Assembly: GCA_963422645.2 (NCBI GenBank)
Contig: CAXXVO010000007.1
Location: 384,001 to 448,000 of the forward strand
Direction: 5' to 3'
Origin: Alphaproteobacteria bacterium
Lineage (GTDB): Bacteria > Pseudomonadota > Alphaproteobacteria > UBA828
Length of the DNA stretch: 64,000 bases
The position numbers and the translations under genes are program-made. How positions within the stretch are numbered: the first letter of the stretch is position 1; each line of letters starts with the position of its first letter. Under the pieces are notes generated by a model that was not told the origin of the DNA, did no database searches, and was given only the letters and a program-made list of their open reading frames with translations. Below, one piece after another: positions 44,745-54,372 of this stretch.

Positions 44745-45629
44745 GGTCGTGTCCGGGATAGAGGGCTGATGCCGGGGATCGAGACGCATCGTGCCATGGC
44801 GAGCCCGGTCGTTGAAGACGGCAGGGAGAGACGAAGAGGCGGCGGGGCGCCCGCAGCGGACACCCCGCCGACGGTGGATCAGCGGCGCCGGGCGTCGACG
44901 AAAATGCCCGCCGCGTAGCTCCCCCACATTTGCATGCCCGAGTCCGTCAGGTTGACCCCGGTGCAGACGATGACCTCGTGGCGCTCGGGCCGCAGCCGCT
45001 GAACGGCCCGCAAGCTCATCGCCTTGCGCGCCTGCTTGCGTCCGCCCTTCGATCCCTTGCCGGGCCGCCAGGGCCGGATCTGGCCCTAGTAGTCGGACAG
45101 GTACCGCTCGACCACGTAGCGCTGGTCATCGAGCCCTTGCCCGAACAGGTGGGTGAGGTAGGTTCGGGCGTTTCCATGGAGTGTGCCGTTGATCTGCATG
45201 TGCCGCCTCCCGCTAGCCTGTGAGTGGAAGCGGCGAGGACGCCTCTCGCCGGACGCCGCACGCCGCGCCCCGCTTCAGGCCGGGCTCTCCCTCCTGCCGG
45301 CGTGAGGGCGCCGGCGCGGAGCAAGGATCGTGATGCGGGTTGCAGGCGGGGGGCCGCACGCCGCCGGGCCGGGCGGCCCTGCGGCGCCGCCGAGGCCCGG
45401 ATGGGCGACGGCATGGCTGGGCCGTGCGCGGCTGCGGAGGACGGGGCGGCGATCCCGCTGCCAGGGTTTCCGCGGGCTTTTGAGGTCAGGAGTGGTCTGG
45501 AGTTTACTTCGGGGTGGTTACTGGGTGATTATTTTCCTCGTTCCGGCGTCGGGCGCACGCTCGTGTCTTCTCCCAAGCTATTGAAATGAAATGGTTATGC
45601 GCGACGGCGCGCCCAACCGTGTTGGTGGT

Positions 45630-45645
45630 GAGAAATCCGGGCTAA
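45630..45645. repeat. IS/MITE-like end GAGAAATCCGGG abutting the aprA stop codon
   Basis: GAGAAATCCGGGCTAA is the exact reverse complement of 50457-50472. Confidence 0.6.
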
Positions 45646-47486
45646 TCCACGATGTGGTAGACGGGGGCCTTCTCCATGGCCCATTCCCCGGACTCCCGGT
45701 CGTAGCGGGACAGGGTGAAGCAGTGCCAATCGGTGTCGTCCAGCTTCGGATGGTCGCCCCGATAGTAGTATCCCGGCCACCGCGTCTCCGTCCTGAACAT
45801 CGTGTGGTGGGTCACCGCCTCCGAGGCCAGCACCCGGTGGTGCAGCTCCCACGCCCGCTGAAGCTGGTGCAGGTCCTCGGCCCCGAGATGGTCGAGGTCT
45901 TCCTTCAGCATGTCCAGCAGCTCCAGCCCGCGCGTGAGCATGGGCTCGTTCGTCGTGTAGTTGGCACCGATACCGCCGACGTACTCGTCCATGATCTTCT
46001 CGAGACGCTGGAGACCGTGAATCGGCAGCATGTAGCTGGGTGAGACAGTTCCCGCGACGATCTCGTTGCGGCCGATGCGGTAGGTCTCCAGGGGCTGGAA
46101 GATGACCGTCTTGAGGTCTTCGTACTCTTTCTCGCTGACTTGCGGTTGCTCGCTCTTCAGGTCGTTGACGTAGTTGACCGCCGCCTTCCCGGCGATCCGG
46201 CCTTCCGTGTAGGAGCCCGACGAGAACTTGTGGGCGGAGCCTCCGATGGTGTCGCCGGCGCCGAAGAGCCCGTCGACGGTCATCATCCGGTTGTATCCCC
46301 ACTGGTAGTCCGCCGGCGCGCAGTCTTCCGGGCCGCTAGCCCAGGCGCCCGAGCACGTGGCGTGCGAGCCCATGACGTAGGGCTCGGACGTGGTCAGCTC
46401 CGGATTGGTGTGCTTGGGATCGATGTTCTGGGAGGCCCAGACGACCGCCTGCCCGATCGTCATGCCCAGGAAATTCTCCCAGCCGACCTGCTCCTTGTGC
46501 GGATCGGCGAAGGCCTCCTTCGTCACCATGCGGATCGGGCCCCGGCCGGCCTTGACCTCCTCCAGGAAGGCATGGTTGCGCAGGCAGGTCGGCACCGGAT
46601 GCATGTCGATGTAGTCGCCGACCAGCGTCTTGGTTTGGTCGTACCACTTGGACTCGTACTCCTCCCCATAGGCGTTCTCGGTGTAGGTCTTGAGGTGGAG
46701 GAAATAGGCGCCGACCGGCCCGTAGCCGTCCTTGAAGCGGGTGAGGACGATCCGGTTCTCCATCTGGGTCATCTTGGCGCCGACGAGGATCGGCAGCGCA
46801 TAGGCCGACGCGCTGCTCCAGGGCGCATACCAGGTGCGTCCCATGCCCTCGCCCACCGCGCGGGGCTTGAAGATGTGCGACGCGCCGCCGGCGGAGACGA
46901 TCACGGCCTTGGCGCGAAAGACGTAGAATTCCCCGCTGCGGACGTTGAACCCGACTGCGCCCGCGACGCGGCTGGGCTTGGTCCGGTCCATCAGCAGGTG
47001 GGTCACCATGATCCGGTTGTAGACCTCGGTGGCGGCCTTGCGGGCGGCCTCGGCGACGATCGGCTTGTAGCTCTCGCCGTGGATCATGATCTGCCACTTG
47101 CCTTCCCGCTGATAGCGCCCGGTCTCCGGGTCCTTCATCATGGGAAGGCCCCACTCCTCGAACTTGTGCACCGTGGAGTCGACGTGGCGGGCGATGTCGT
47201 AGCCCAGATCCTCCCGCACCAGGCCCATGAGGTCGTTCCGGGCGTAGCGGACATGGTCCTCAGGCTGGTTCTCGTTCCACTGCATGCCCATGTAGCAGTT
47301 GATCGCATAGAGGCCCTGGGCCACGGCGCCGCTGCGCTCGATGTTCGCCTTCTCGACGCAGACCACCTTCAGGTCGCGCCCCCAGTATCGGGCCTCGTAG
47401 GTCGCCCCGCAGCCGGCCATGCCGCCGCCGATGACCAGGATGTCTGCATCCACGAAGACCGTCTTACGGCGCGAGAACAAAGCCAC
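45642..47486 (-). CDS. aprA: Adenylylsulfate reductase alpha subunit
   Basis: IGGGMAGCG, RSGAVAQGL.AINCY, WQIMIHGESYKP, RFKDGYGPVGA, HKFSSGS, ETRWPGYYYR; GTG overlaps the aprB stop. Confidence 0.97.
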   Translation of the reverse strand: MALFSRRKTVFVDADILVIGGGMAGCGATYEARYWGRDLKVVCVEKANIERSGAVAQGLYAINCYMGMQWNENQPEDHVRYARNDLMGLVREDLGYDIARHVDSTVHKFEEWGLPMMKDPETGRYQREGKWQIMIHGESYKPIVAEAARKAATEVYNRIMVTHLLMDRTKPSRVAGAVGFNVRSGEFYVFRAKAVIVSAGGASHIFKPRAVGEGMGRTWYAPWSSASAYALPILVGAKMTQMENRIVLTRFKDGYGPVGAYFLHLKTYTENAYGEEYESKWYDQTKTLVGDYIDMHPVPTCLRNHAFLEEVKAGRGPIRMVTKEAFADPHKEQVGWENFLGMTIGQAVVWASQNIDPKHTNPELTTSEPYVMGSHATCSGAWASGPEDCAPADYQWGYNRMMTVDGLFGAGDTIGGSAHKFSSGSYTEGRIAGKAAVNYVNDLKSEQPQVSEKEYEDLKTVIFQPLETYRIGRNEIVAGTVSPSYMLPIHGLQRLEKIMDEYVGGIGANYTTNEPMLTRGLELLDMLKEDLDHLGAEDLHQLQRAWELHHRVLASEAVTHHTMFRTETRWPGYYYRGDHPKLDDTDWHCFTLSRYDRESGEWAMEKAPVYHIVD

Positions 47487-47947
47487 TAGAGGCCTCCCTC
47501 CTTGAATCGCTCCGGCGCGAGCACAGGCAGCGCCTCGATGTTGAGCGCGTCCGGCTCGTGCGCGAGTTCCTGGGATTTCATCGCGTCCGCCGTGGGTGCC
47601 GCGTAGTCGGTCGGCGGCTTGATCGATCCCCACGGCGTGGTCCGGATCGGCGAAACGAAATCCTTTTCCCTGCCGTCCCGGAACTTGATCTTCCAGGAGA
47701 TCGTGCCTTTCGCCTCCTCCCGCAGCACCCGCACGCTGTGCCCCATGGGAGCGAAGTCGGCGTAGCCGCGGCAGTCGATGGCATTCTGCGGACACGCCTT
47801 CACGCAGGAGTAGCACTCCCAGCACATGTTGGGCTCGATGTTGTAGGCGCGCCGGTAGGTTTTATCGATATGCATGATGTCGGACGGGCAGATGTCGACG
47901 CAGTATCCGCAGCCGTCGCACCGGGTCATGTATACGAATGTCGGCAT
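47486..47947 (-). CDS. aprB: Adenylylsulfate reductase beta subunit
   Basis: MPTFVYMTRCDGCG.CVDICPSD, CWECYSCVKACPQ, RGYADFAP. Confidence 0.97.
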   Translation of the reverse strand: MPTFVYMTRCDGCGYCVDICPSDIMHIDKTYRRAYNIEPNMCWECYSCVKACPQNAIDCRGYADFAPMGHSVRVLREEAKGTISWKIKFRDGREKDFVSPIRTTPWGSIKPPTDYAAPTADAMKSQELAHEPDALNIEALPVLAPERFKEGGL

Positions 47948-47990
47948 GGGGCTCCGTTATCTCCTCTGTCGAAGACCGCTGGCGGGCCGA

Positions 47991-48767
47991 TCAGTAGTGG
48001 CGGGGCCGTTCGCGGGCACTGCCGAAAGTTTCGGGCTTGTCGGCGGGGGCCGGCAGGTTGCTTCTCGAGCCGGCTGCCTCCGATACCCGCTTTTCGAAGG
48101 CCGCCGCGGGCTTGAAGAACATGTGCGAGAACTTGGACCACGGAACGGCGCCGAAGAGCACCGTCGTGGCGATGAGGTAAAGGACGAGGACGATGTACGT
48201 TCCCCAGCTCTCGACCGACTGCAGGGCGGCCCAGATCAGCCCCAGCGACGTGGTGGCGAGAAGCGAGAGGACGAAGAGGTCGGCGCGCATGATCCGGAAG
48301 GGCGTATGGCCCTCGGCCGACACGTCGACCCGGATGAAGAACCAGAACCAGTAACCGCCGAGGCAGACCAGCAGGGCGCCTGCGATCCACAACTGGGGCA
48401 GGACGGCGGGCGTCGCCGTGGCGGGGCAGAACACCATGACGACGGTGGTCGCGACGTAGAGCAGGAAGCCGTACATCGTCAGCAGATGGGCAACGCGGCG
48501 GCGGCCCAGGCCGAATTCCGCGGAGGTCAGGACCTCCACCAAAGCAGTCTGGATCGCGAGCGACAGCATTTTCCCGCCGCCAACTTTCTGCGTGCCCTTG
48601 TCCCGTGAGTTCCGCCAGCTGCCGAAGAAGTAGGCGGCGCTCCCCTTGTGCCAGACATCGAAGAGGGTGCCGCCCACGACCAGCGCGATCATGACGCCGA
48701 CGTAGGCCTGTATCGCGGAGGGCGGTATGGACTCCGAAAGCACGGCGAAGGGATTATTGGTGAACAC
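47991..48767 (-). CDS. aprM: Adenylylsulfate reductase membrane anchor
   Basis: NPFA.LS, DVWHKGSA.YFF, RR.AHLLTMYG, WFWFFIRVDV, PWSKFSHMFFKP; directly upstream of aprB. Confidence 0.9.
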   Translation of the reverse strand: MFTNNPFAVLSESIPPSAIQAYVGVMIALVVGGTLFDVWHKGSAAYFFGSWRNSRDKGTQKVGGGKMLSLAIQTALVEVLTSAEFGLGRRRVAHLLTMYGFLLYVATTVVMVFCPATATPAVLPQLWIAGALLVCLGGYWFWFFIRVDVSAEGHTPFRIMRADLFVLSLLATTSLGLIWAALQSVESWGTYIVLVLYLIATTVLFGAVPWSKFSHMFFKPAAAFEKRVSEAAGSRSNLPAPADKPETFGSARERPRHY

Positions 48768-48992
48768 GCGACGACCCCCAATGTGAGCCTGTTCCATTCA
48801 ACGCGGGCAGCGACGTTATCAATGCATCCCCGCAAAGGGCATCAAATTCTTGTTGGAGTCGGATGGCGAGCGCTGGACCGGTGCACTCCGTCGCAGACGC
48901 GCGGTGAAACCGGTTACATCTCTCGCACGGGCGCAAGATCATGCGCAAGCATAATCGAGTTGCAGGCGCGGGAAAATCGGCCCGGGCGACGC

Positions 48993-50417
48993 TCAGTCCC
49001 CGCCGGCAAGCGCCGGCACAGGCAGGCCGCTCGGCACGCTCTCGGGCACGATGAGCGCGCGGCTGTCGGCCTGGGCGTCCTCCAGGCTCTGGAGGAAGGC
49101 GAGGAGGCTCGCGCGCCCGTCTTCGTCGAGCGTCACGCCCCTTCTCAGCATGGGCGCGAAACTCGCGCGCCGCAGCGCCTCGGCGGAGGGGTCGGCCGCG
49201 GCATCGGCCCCCGCCCCGCCGGTGGGCGGCGCGAGATGGAGCGCGATGGCGTCCTCCAGGCTCGCGACGGCCCCGCTGTGGAAATAGGGTGCGGTCAGCG
49301 TGACGTTGCGGAGCGGCGGCGTGCGGAACTGATAGCGGTGCCGGGGAATCCGCGTCGCCTCGTAGCGGCCGCGGTCGTCGCCGGTCTCGTCGATTCCCGG
49401 GCCGATCTGGGGCGCGGCGAGGGAGTGGAACTGGAAGTCGCTCAGGAGCGGGCCGCTGTGGCAGGCGACGCAGCGGCCCTTGCCGTAGAAGAGCAGTGCG
49501 CCCCGCTTCGCCGCGGTGTCGATGGCGTCCTTGTCGCCGGCGAGATAACGATCCCACGGCGTCTCGCGCGTGGCGAAGGCCAGCCCCTGGAAGTGGCCGA
49601 CGGCGTTGGCGAGATCGCCGATGGTGACCGCACCGAGCAGGGTCTCGGGAAAGGCCTGGGCGATGAGCCGGCGGTAGGCGATCTGCCAGTCGGCGAGCGG
49701 CGTGCCGGCCTGGCCGAGGAGCCGGCGCATCAGCGCGTCGTGGACCGCGACGAAGCGCTCGGGCTCATCCTCGTCCAGGCCCGCCGCCGCGAGGGCGATC
49801 TCGTTGGGCCGATCCCCATGACCGCCGGGCAGGTCGGGCGCCGAGCGGTCGCCGGGGAGGCCCAGCATCTCCTCCTCGCCGACGAGCGGGAAGAGCGCCT
49901 GCGCTGCCAGCACGCTCTCAATCCCGTCCGGCAGGTAATCCATCATCGGGGTCTGGAATCGGCTCACTGGCGCCTCGATCTCGCTCACCCGCCCGTCCCA
50001 GAACATGTTGCGCACGCTCGGGTGCCCGCGATTCCAGAGGTCCATGGTGTTGCGCGGGTGTACTCGCTCCGTGTCGAGCGCGCGGCGCTCCTCCGCGAGG
50101 CCGGCGGCACGCACGCCGAGCGAGAGCGCCACCCCGTCCGACGTGCCCCGCCCCAGCAGGTGGCAGGTGGCGCAGGCCACGTCGCGCGTGCCGCTGAGGA
50201 TGGGGTCGAAGAAGAGCATCTGGCCCAGGCGGAACTTGGGCGACGTCACCAGCGGCGGCATCTCCAGGGGCTCGAGCCCGCGCGCCCTGATGACGCGGTC
50301 GAGCGCCGCATCGAGGTCGTCGCCTGCCGCCAGCGCCGGCAACGCCGCTGCGCCGCAGGAAAGGCACAGCCAGGCACACAAGAAGAGCAGCGCTTTGACA
50401 GGCTGAAGCAGCCGCAT
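48993..50417 (-). CDS. Di-haem cytochrome c peroxidase / MauG-family protein
   Basis: Signal peptide, LGQMLFFDPILSG, CATCH, MFWDGR, CVACH, FRTPPLRNV..TAPYFH.G. Confidence 0.88.
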   Translation of the reverse strand: MRLLQPVKALLFLCAWLCLSCGAAALPALAAGDDLDAALDRVIRARGLEPLEMPPLVTSPKFRLGQMLFFDPILSGTRDVACATCHLLGRGTSDGVALSLGVRAAGLAEERRALDTERVHPRNTMDLWNRGHPSVRNMFWDGRVSEIEAPVSRFQTPMMDYLPDGIESVLAAQALFPLVGEEEMLGLPGDRSAPDLPGGHGDRPNEIALAAAGLDEDEPERFVAVHDALMRRLLGQAGTPLADWQIAYRRLIAQAFPETLLGAVTIGDLANAVGHFQGLAFATRETPWDRYLAGDKDAIDTAAKRGALLFYGKGRCVACHSGPLLSDFQFHSLAAPQIGPGIDETGDDRGRYEATRIPRHRYQFRTPPLRNVTLTAPYFHSGAVASLEDAIALHLAPPTGGAGADAAADPSAEALRRASFAPMLRRGVTLDEDGRASLLAFLQSLEDAQADSRALIVPESVPSGLPVPALAGGD

Positions 50418-50460
50418 GACGGCAGTTCCTCAACCCGTTCGATCCTGCCGGCGAGCTTAG

Positions 50461-50524
50461 CCCGGATTTCTCCGCAGGGTCATGGTCTGCGTCACCTGGA
50501 GCGCGGCGGCGCGAGAAATCCGAG
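50461..50524. repeat. 64-bp MITE-like palindromic element
   Basis: CCCGGATTTCTC (50461) ... GAGAAATCCGAG (50513-50524), preceded by TTAG. Confidence 0.6.
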
Positions 50525-50653
50525 CGATGCCTATCGGGGCATGTGAGACGGGTGTGATCCCGTCCCCTCTGCGCTACGATGCGGCCCCGCGGCGGTGCCG
50601 GACGTGTGCCGACACCCCGCGGGCGGCATTTCAACGGACGAAGGGGGACGTCC

Positions 50654-51469
50654 ATGCCAGAGTTGCTTCGGCCCGGCTCGATCGACGAAGCGGCCGATCT
50701 GATCGCCCGCCACGGCGCTGCGGCTGCGGTGCTCGCAGGCGGCACCAGCCTGATGCGCGAGACCTATCCGTCGGACGGGGGCTACCTGATCGGGGTGGAC
50801 CGCCTCGGCCTCGACAAGGTGGTGGCGCGCGATGGCGGGTGGTCGGTGGGGGCCGCAGTCTCGCTCAGCGTGCTACGCGAGGCCGTGCCGATTGCGGCGC
50901 TCCAGGCCGCGACCCGCGAGATCGGTGGGCCTGCGGTGCAGAACATGGCGACGGTCGGCGGCAACCTGTTCGCCCGGGCGCCCTTCGGCGACCTCGCCCC
51001 GGCGCTGCTCGCCCTCGGCGCGCAGCTGGTCTTCGCGACGGCCGACGGCGAGACGACTCAATCCATCGAGGATTTCTACGCCGGTTGGGCCGATGGCGCG
51101 CCGCCCGGCACCGGCCTGCTGACCCGGATCGAGCTCGACGCGCCAGCGGGCGCTTGCACCTACATGAAGTGCGCGCGGCGGCGCTATTCCACCCCGTCGG
51201 TGGTCACGGTTGCGGCCTGCGTACAGAAGGACGGAGACAGGGTGGCCGACGCCCGGATCGCGCTCAGCGGCGCGAACGCGCAGCCCACCCGCTGCGCACC
51301 GGCGGAGCAGGCGGTGATCGGCTCCGTCCTGGACGAGGGGGCCATAGCGGCGGCAGCTCAGGCGGCCGAGGGCGCAGTCGAGCCCCAGACCGACGCGATC
51401 GCAACCGACTGGTATCGCCGGCGCATGACCGGCGTCTTCGTCGGCCGGGTGCTGGCGGCGCTCGCCTGA
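50654..51469 (+). CDS. Molybdenum hydroxylase FAD-binding subunit (CoxM/XdhB-like)
   Basis: LAGGTSL, VQNMATVGGNL, DLAPALLALGA, TDWYRR. Confidence 0.88.
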   Translation: MPELLRPGSIDEAADLIARHGAAAAVLAGGTSLMRETYPSDGGYLIGVDRLGLDKVVARDGGWSVGAAVSLSVLREAVPIAALQAATREIGGPAVQNMATVGGNLFARAPFGDLAPALLALGAQLVFATADGETTQSIEDFYAGWADGAPPGTGLLTRIELDAPAGACTYMKCARRRYSTPSVVTVAACVQKDGDRVADARIALSGANAQPTRCAPAEQAVIGSVLDEGAIAAAAQAAEGAVEPQTDAIATDWYRRRMTGVFVGRVLAALA

Positions 51470-51491
51470 CGACGTTGAGCTGGAGGTAACG

Positions 51492-51983
51492 ATGGAAGAC
51501 AAGCTGATACGCCTCACGGTCAACGGCCGTGACGAGGCGGTGGTGATCCGGCCGTTGGCGACGCTGCAGGACGTGCTGCGGGACAATCTGGAGTTCAATG
51601 CAGTCAAGAGCGGCTGCGGCCAGGGCGGCTGCGGCAGCTGCTCGGTGCTGGTGGATGGGGAGCTTCACCTCTCCTGCCTGACACTCGCCGAGCGGGCGGA
51701 AGGGGCCGAGGTGACCACGCTCGAAGGTCTCAACGAGACCAACGCGATCGTGCCGCTGCAAGAGGCCTTCGTCGAGAACTACGCGGCGCAGTGCGGCTAC
51801 TGCACCGCCGGCATGGTCGTGGCGGCGAAGGCGCTGCTCGACCGCAACCCGACGCCAAGCCGCGACGAGATCGTGGAGGGGCTCTCGGGCAATCTCTGTC
51901 GCTGTACCGGGTTCGCGCCCATCGTCCGCGCGGTGCAGCAGGCCGCACAGGCGCTCTCGGATACCGAGGAGGAGGCGAGCTAA
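51492..51983 (+). CDS. Molybdenum hydroxylase [2Fe-2S] subunit (CoxS/XdhC-like)
   Basis: GCGQGGCGSC, SCL, QCGYCTAG, GNLCRCTG. Confidence 0.92.
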   Translation: MEDKLIRLTVNGRDEAVVIRPLATLQDVLRDNLEFNAVKSGCGQGGCGSCSVLVDGELHLSCLTLAERAEGAEVTTLEGLNETNAIVPLQEAFVENYAAQCGYCTAGMVVAAKALLDRNPTPSRDEIVEGLSGNLCRCTGFAPIVRAVQQAAQALSDTEEEAS

Positions 51984-53329
51984 TGTCGATGAAGGAACTC
52001 GGCGTCGTCGGCCGGAACGTCGGCCAGCGCGATCTCGAAAGCCACGCGCGCGGCCAGACCACCTATTACGAGGACGTCCATTACCCGCGCATGCTGCATC
52101 TCAAGATGCACCGGAGCGCGGAGCCCCACGCCCGCCTCGTGCGCGTAGACACCAGCGCGGCGGAGGCCAGTCCTGGCGTGGTCTGCGTCCTCACCCACGA
52201 AGACCTGCCCGGCAAGAAGGTGTGGAACGGCCTCGCCGCCGTCGGCGTTGGCCCTGAAGACGAGCCGATCCTCGCCTTCGACAAGGTGCGCTGGCGGGGC
52301 GAGCCGATCGTCGCCGTTTTGGGCGAGAGCGCCGAGGCCGCCCGCGTCGGCGCCGCCAAGGTGGAGGTCGAGTACGACCCGCTCCCCGGCGTGTTCGACG
52401 TGGAGGAAGCCATTTCCGGCGAGGCGCCGGTGCTGACCGCCCACTGGCCCAACAACCACTACATCTACCCCGACGACCACGCCGCCTCGCAGATCCGCTT
52501 TGGCGATGTCGATAAGGGCTTCGCCGAGGCCGACCACATCATCGAGGACCACTACCAGACCAGCCCCATCGAGCAGGCGCCGATGGAGACCAACGGCTGC
52601 ATCGCGAAGCCCGGCGGCGACGGGCGCATCACGGTGCACACCAACACGCAGGCCGTGCACTTCGCGCGCGACAACACCGCCGGCATCCTGGGGCTGGCGC
52701 CGGGCAAGCTGCGCTTCCTTGGCGGCACCGTGGGCGGCGGCTTCGGCGGCAAGGTGGACGTGGCGGTCGAGCCGATCTCGGTGCTGGCCGTCATGAGGAC
52801 CGGGCGGCCGGTCAAGTTCAAGTACACGCGGGAAGAGGAGATGCAGGTTTCCTCCACCCGATCCGCCTGGCGGCTTTTCATCAAGGATGGGGTGATGAAC
52901 GACGGGCGCATCGTCGCCCGCAAGATCACCTCCTATCAAGATTCCGGCGCCTACCTGCGCTTCAGCTCCTACGGCTCGATGAAGCACGCCGGCCACATGC
53001 CGGGGCCCTACACCATCCCCAACGTCTGGGTCGATGCGCGGGTGGTGTTCACCAACCGGCCGCCCTCGAGCGCGATGCGGGGCTTCGGCGTCATGGCCGC
53101 GTCCTTCGCCATCGAGTTGCAGATGGACAAGGTCGCCAAGACCATCGGCATGGACCCGTGGCAGCTCCGATTGCTCAACGCCTACCGCAACGGCGACATG
53201 CGGGCACACCGCAAGGTGAACGAGGACGCCGCGATGGTGGAGACCATCCAGGCAGCGGCCCGCCTTGCCGGCCAGGAGCTGCCGGCGGAGTACCAAGCGA
53301 TGACCTCCTGGGACAGAAAGGCAAGCTGA
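51983..53329 (+). CDS. Molybdenum hydroxylase molybdopterin subunit, N-terminal half (NdhL-like)
   Basis: DKVRWRGEP, QAPMETNG, GGGFGGK, DSGAY, GPYTIPN, SAMRGFG. Confidence 0.88.
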   Translation: MSMKELGVVGRNVGQRDLESHARGQTTYYEDVHYPRMLHLKMHRSAEPHARLVRVDTSAAEASPGVVCVLTHEDLPGKKVWNGLAAVGVGPEDEPILAFDKVRWRGEPIVAVLGESAEAARVGAAKVEVEYDPLPGVFDVEEAISGEAPVLTAHWPNNHYIYPDDHAASQIRFGDVDKGFAEADHIIEDHYQTSPIEQAPMETNGCIAKPGGDGRITVHTNTQAVHFARDNTAGILGLAPGKLRFLGGTVGGGFGGKVDVAVEPISVLAVMRTGRPVKFKYTREEEMQVSSTRSAWRLFIKDGVMNDGRIVARKITSYQDSGAYLRFSSYGSMKHAGHMPGPYTIPNVWVDARVVFTNRPPSSAMRGFGVMAASFAIELQMDKVAKTIGMDPWQLRLLNAYRNGDMRAHRKVNEDAAMVETIQAAARLAGQELPAEYQAMTSWDRKAS

Positions 53330-54372
53330 TGACCAAGCTAAGGGGCACCGGCTTCGCGGCCGTGAACTATCCGACCGGAATGCACCTCGGCGGCGATCCT
53401 ACCCAGTCGCTGATCCATATGACACCGGCGGGCGACATCGTCGTCACCATGGCGAGCGTCGATCTGGGGCAGGGGCTCAGGACCGTGCTCGCGCAAATCG
53501 CGGCGGAGACCCTGGGCGTCCCCTACGAGAGCATCGTGGTGGAGACCGCCGATACCGACACCGGCCCCCACTGCACCGGCACCTTCGCGAGCCGCACCAC
53601 GCATCGCGCCGGCAATGCGGTGGTGATGGCGGCGCAGGAGGCGCGCAAGGCGATGCTGGAGGTGGCGGGAGAGCTGCTGGAGGCGAGCCCGGACGATCTG
53701 GAGACCGACGGCGAGGGCAACATCCACATCAAGGGCGTGGCCGAGAAGTCGGTCTCGGTCGGCGAAGTCGCGGGCGCGGCTCACTTCGGCTACGGCAAGA
53801 CCATTGCCGGACGTGGCGCCTATCTCAAGCCGCCGAGCCCGATGGACCCGGAGACCGGAGAGTGCGACCCGGATTCGACCCAGGCCCACGCCTGCACGGT
53901 GGTCGAGGTCGAGGTCGATACCGAGACCGGGATGGTCGAGGTGCTCGACATGAAGAGCGTCTACGAGGTGGGCCAGCAGGTGAACCCCGACCTGGTGAAG
54001 GGCCAGATCGTCGGCGGCTCCTGGATGGGCATCGGCCACGCGCTCTACGAGACCACGGCGCCCGGCTACCCAGCTATCGACCCGGCGCCGGTCGATTTTC
54101 AGAACTACCTCCAACCCGGCGCGTCGGAGATGCCCGAGGTCACCTGCGAGGTGCTGGAGTATCCGGCGGAGAGCGGCCCCTACGGCGGCAAGGGCGTGGG
54201 CGAGATGGTGACGAATGGCCCGATCCCGGCCATCGTGAACGCCATCAACAACGCGCTCGACGTCCGCATCACCCAGATTCCGGTGACGCCCGAGGTCGTC
54301 CTCCGCGCCCTCGACGAGAAGAAGGCGCAAGTCGAAGGTTCAGACTTCCTGACCTCTGCTGATTTTAGGTGA
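53329..54372 (+). CDS. Molybdenum hydroxylase molybdopterin subunit, C-terminal half (NdhM-like); last residues supplied by the adjacent element
   Basis: DLGQG, GTFASRTT, EVEVD.ETG, GQIVGG, GPYGGKGVGE, PAIVNAI. Confidence 0.88.
   Translation: MTKLRGTGFAAVNYPTGMHLGGDPTQSLIHMTPAGDIVVTMASVDLGQGLRTVLAQIAAETLGVPYESIVVETADTDTGPHCTGTFASRTTHRAGNAVVMAAQEARKAMLEVAGELLEASPDDLETDGEGNIHIKGVAEKSVSVGEVAGAAHFGYGKTIAGRGAYLKPPSPMDPETGECDPDSTQAHACTVVEVEVDTETGMVEVLDMKSVYEVGQQVNPDLVKGQIVGGSWMGIGHALYETTAPGYPAIDPAPVDFQNYLQPGASEMPEVTCEVLEYPAESGPYGGKGVGEMVTNGPIPAIVNAINNALDVRITQIPVTPEVVLRALDEKKAQVEGSDFLTSADFR

Noticed and set aside
44930-45223. Possible resolvase remnant on the minus strand (GQGLDDQRYVVERYL then stop)
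   Set aside because: Similarity too weak and too short to call
45642-47825. 727-aa AprA with N-terminal extension
   Set aside because: The extension overlaps aprB out of frame; GTG 47486 with an upstream GGAGG is the sensible start
45630-50472. 16-bp inverted repeats appearing to bracket aprMBA + MauG as a mobile cassette
   Set aside because: The right copy pairs locally with 50513-50524 as its own MITE, and both ends point away from the apr genes; two independent insertions explain it better
51983-54372. Aerobic CO dehydrogenase (coxMSL)
   Set aside because: Active-site loop is AMRGFG, not AYXCSFR, and the large subunit is split
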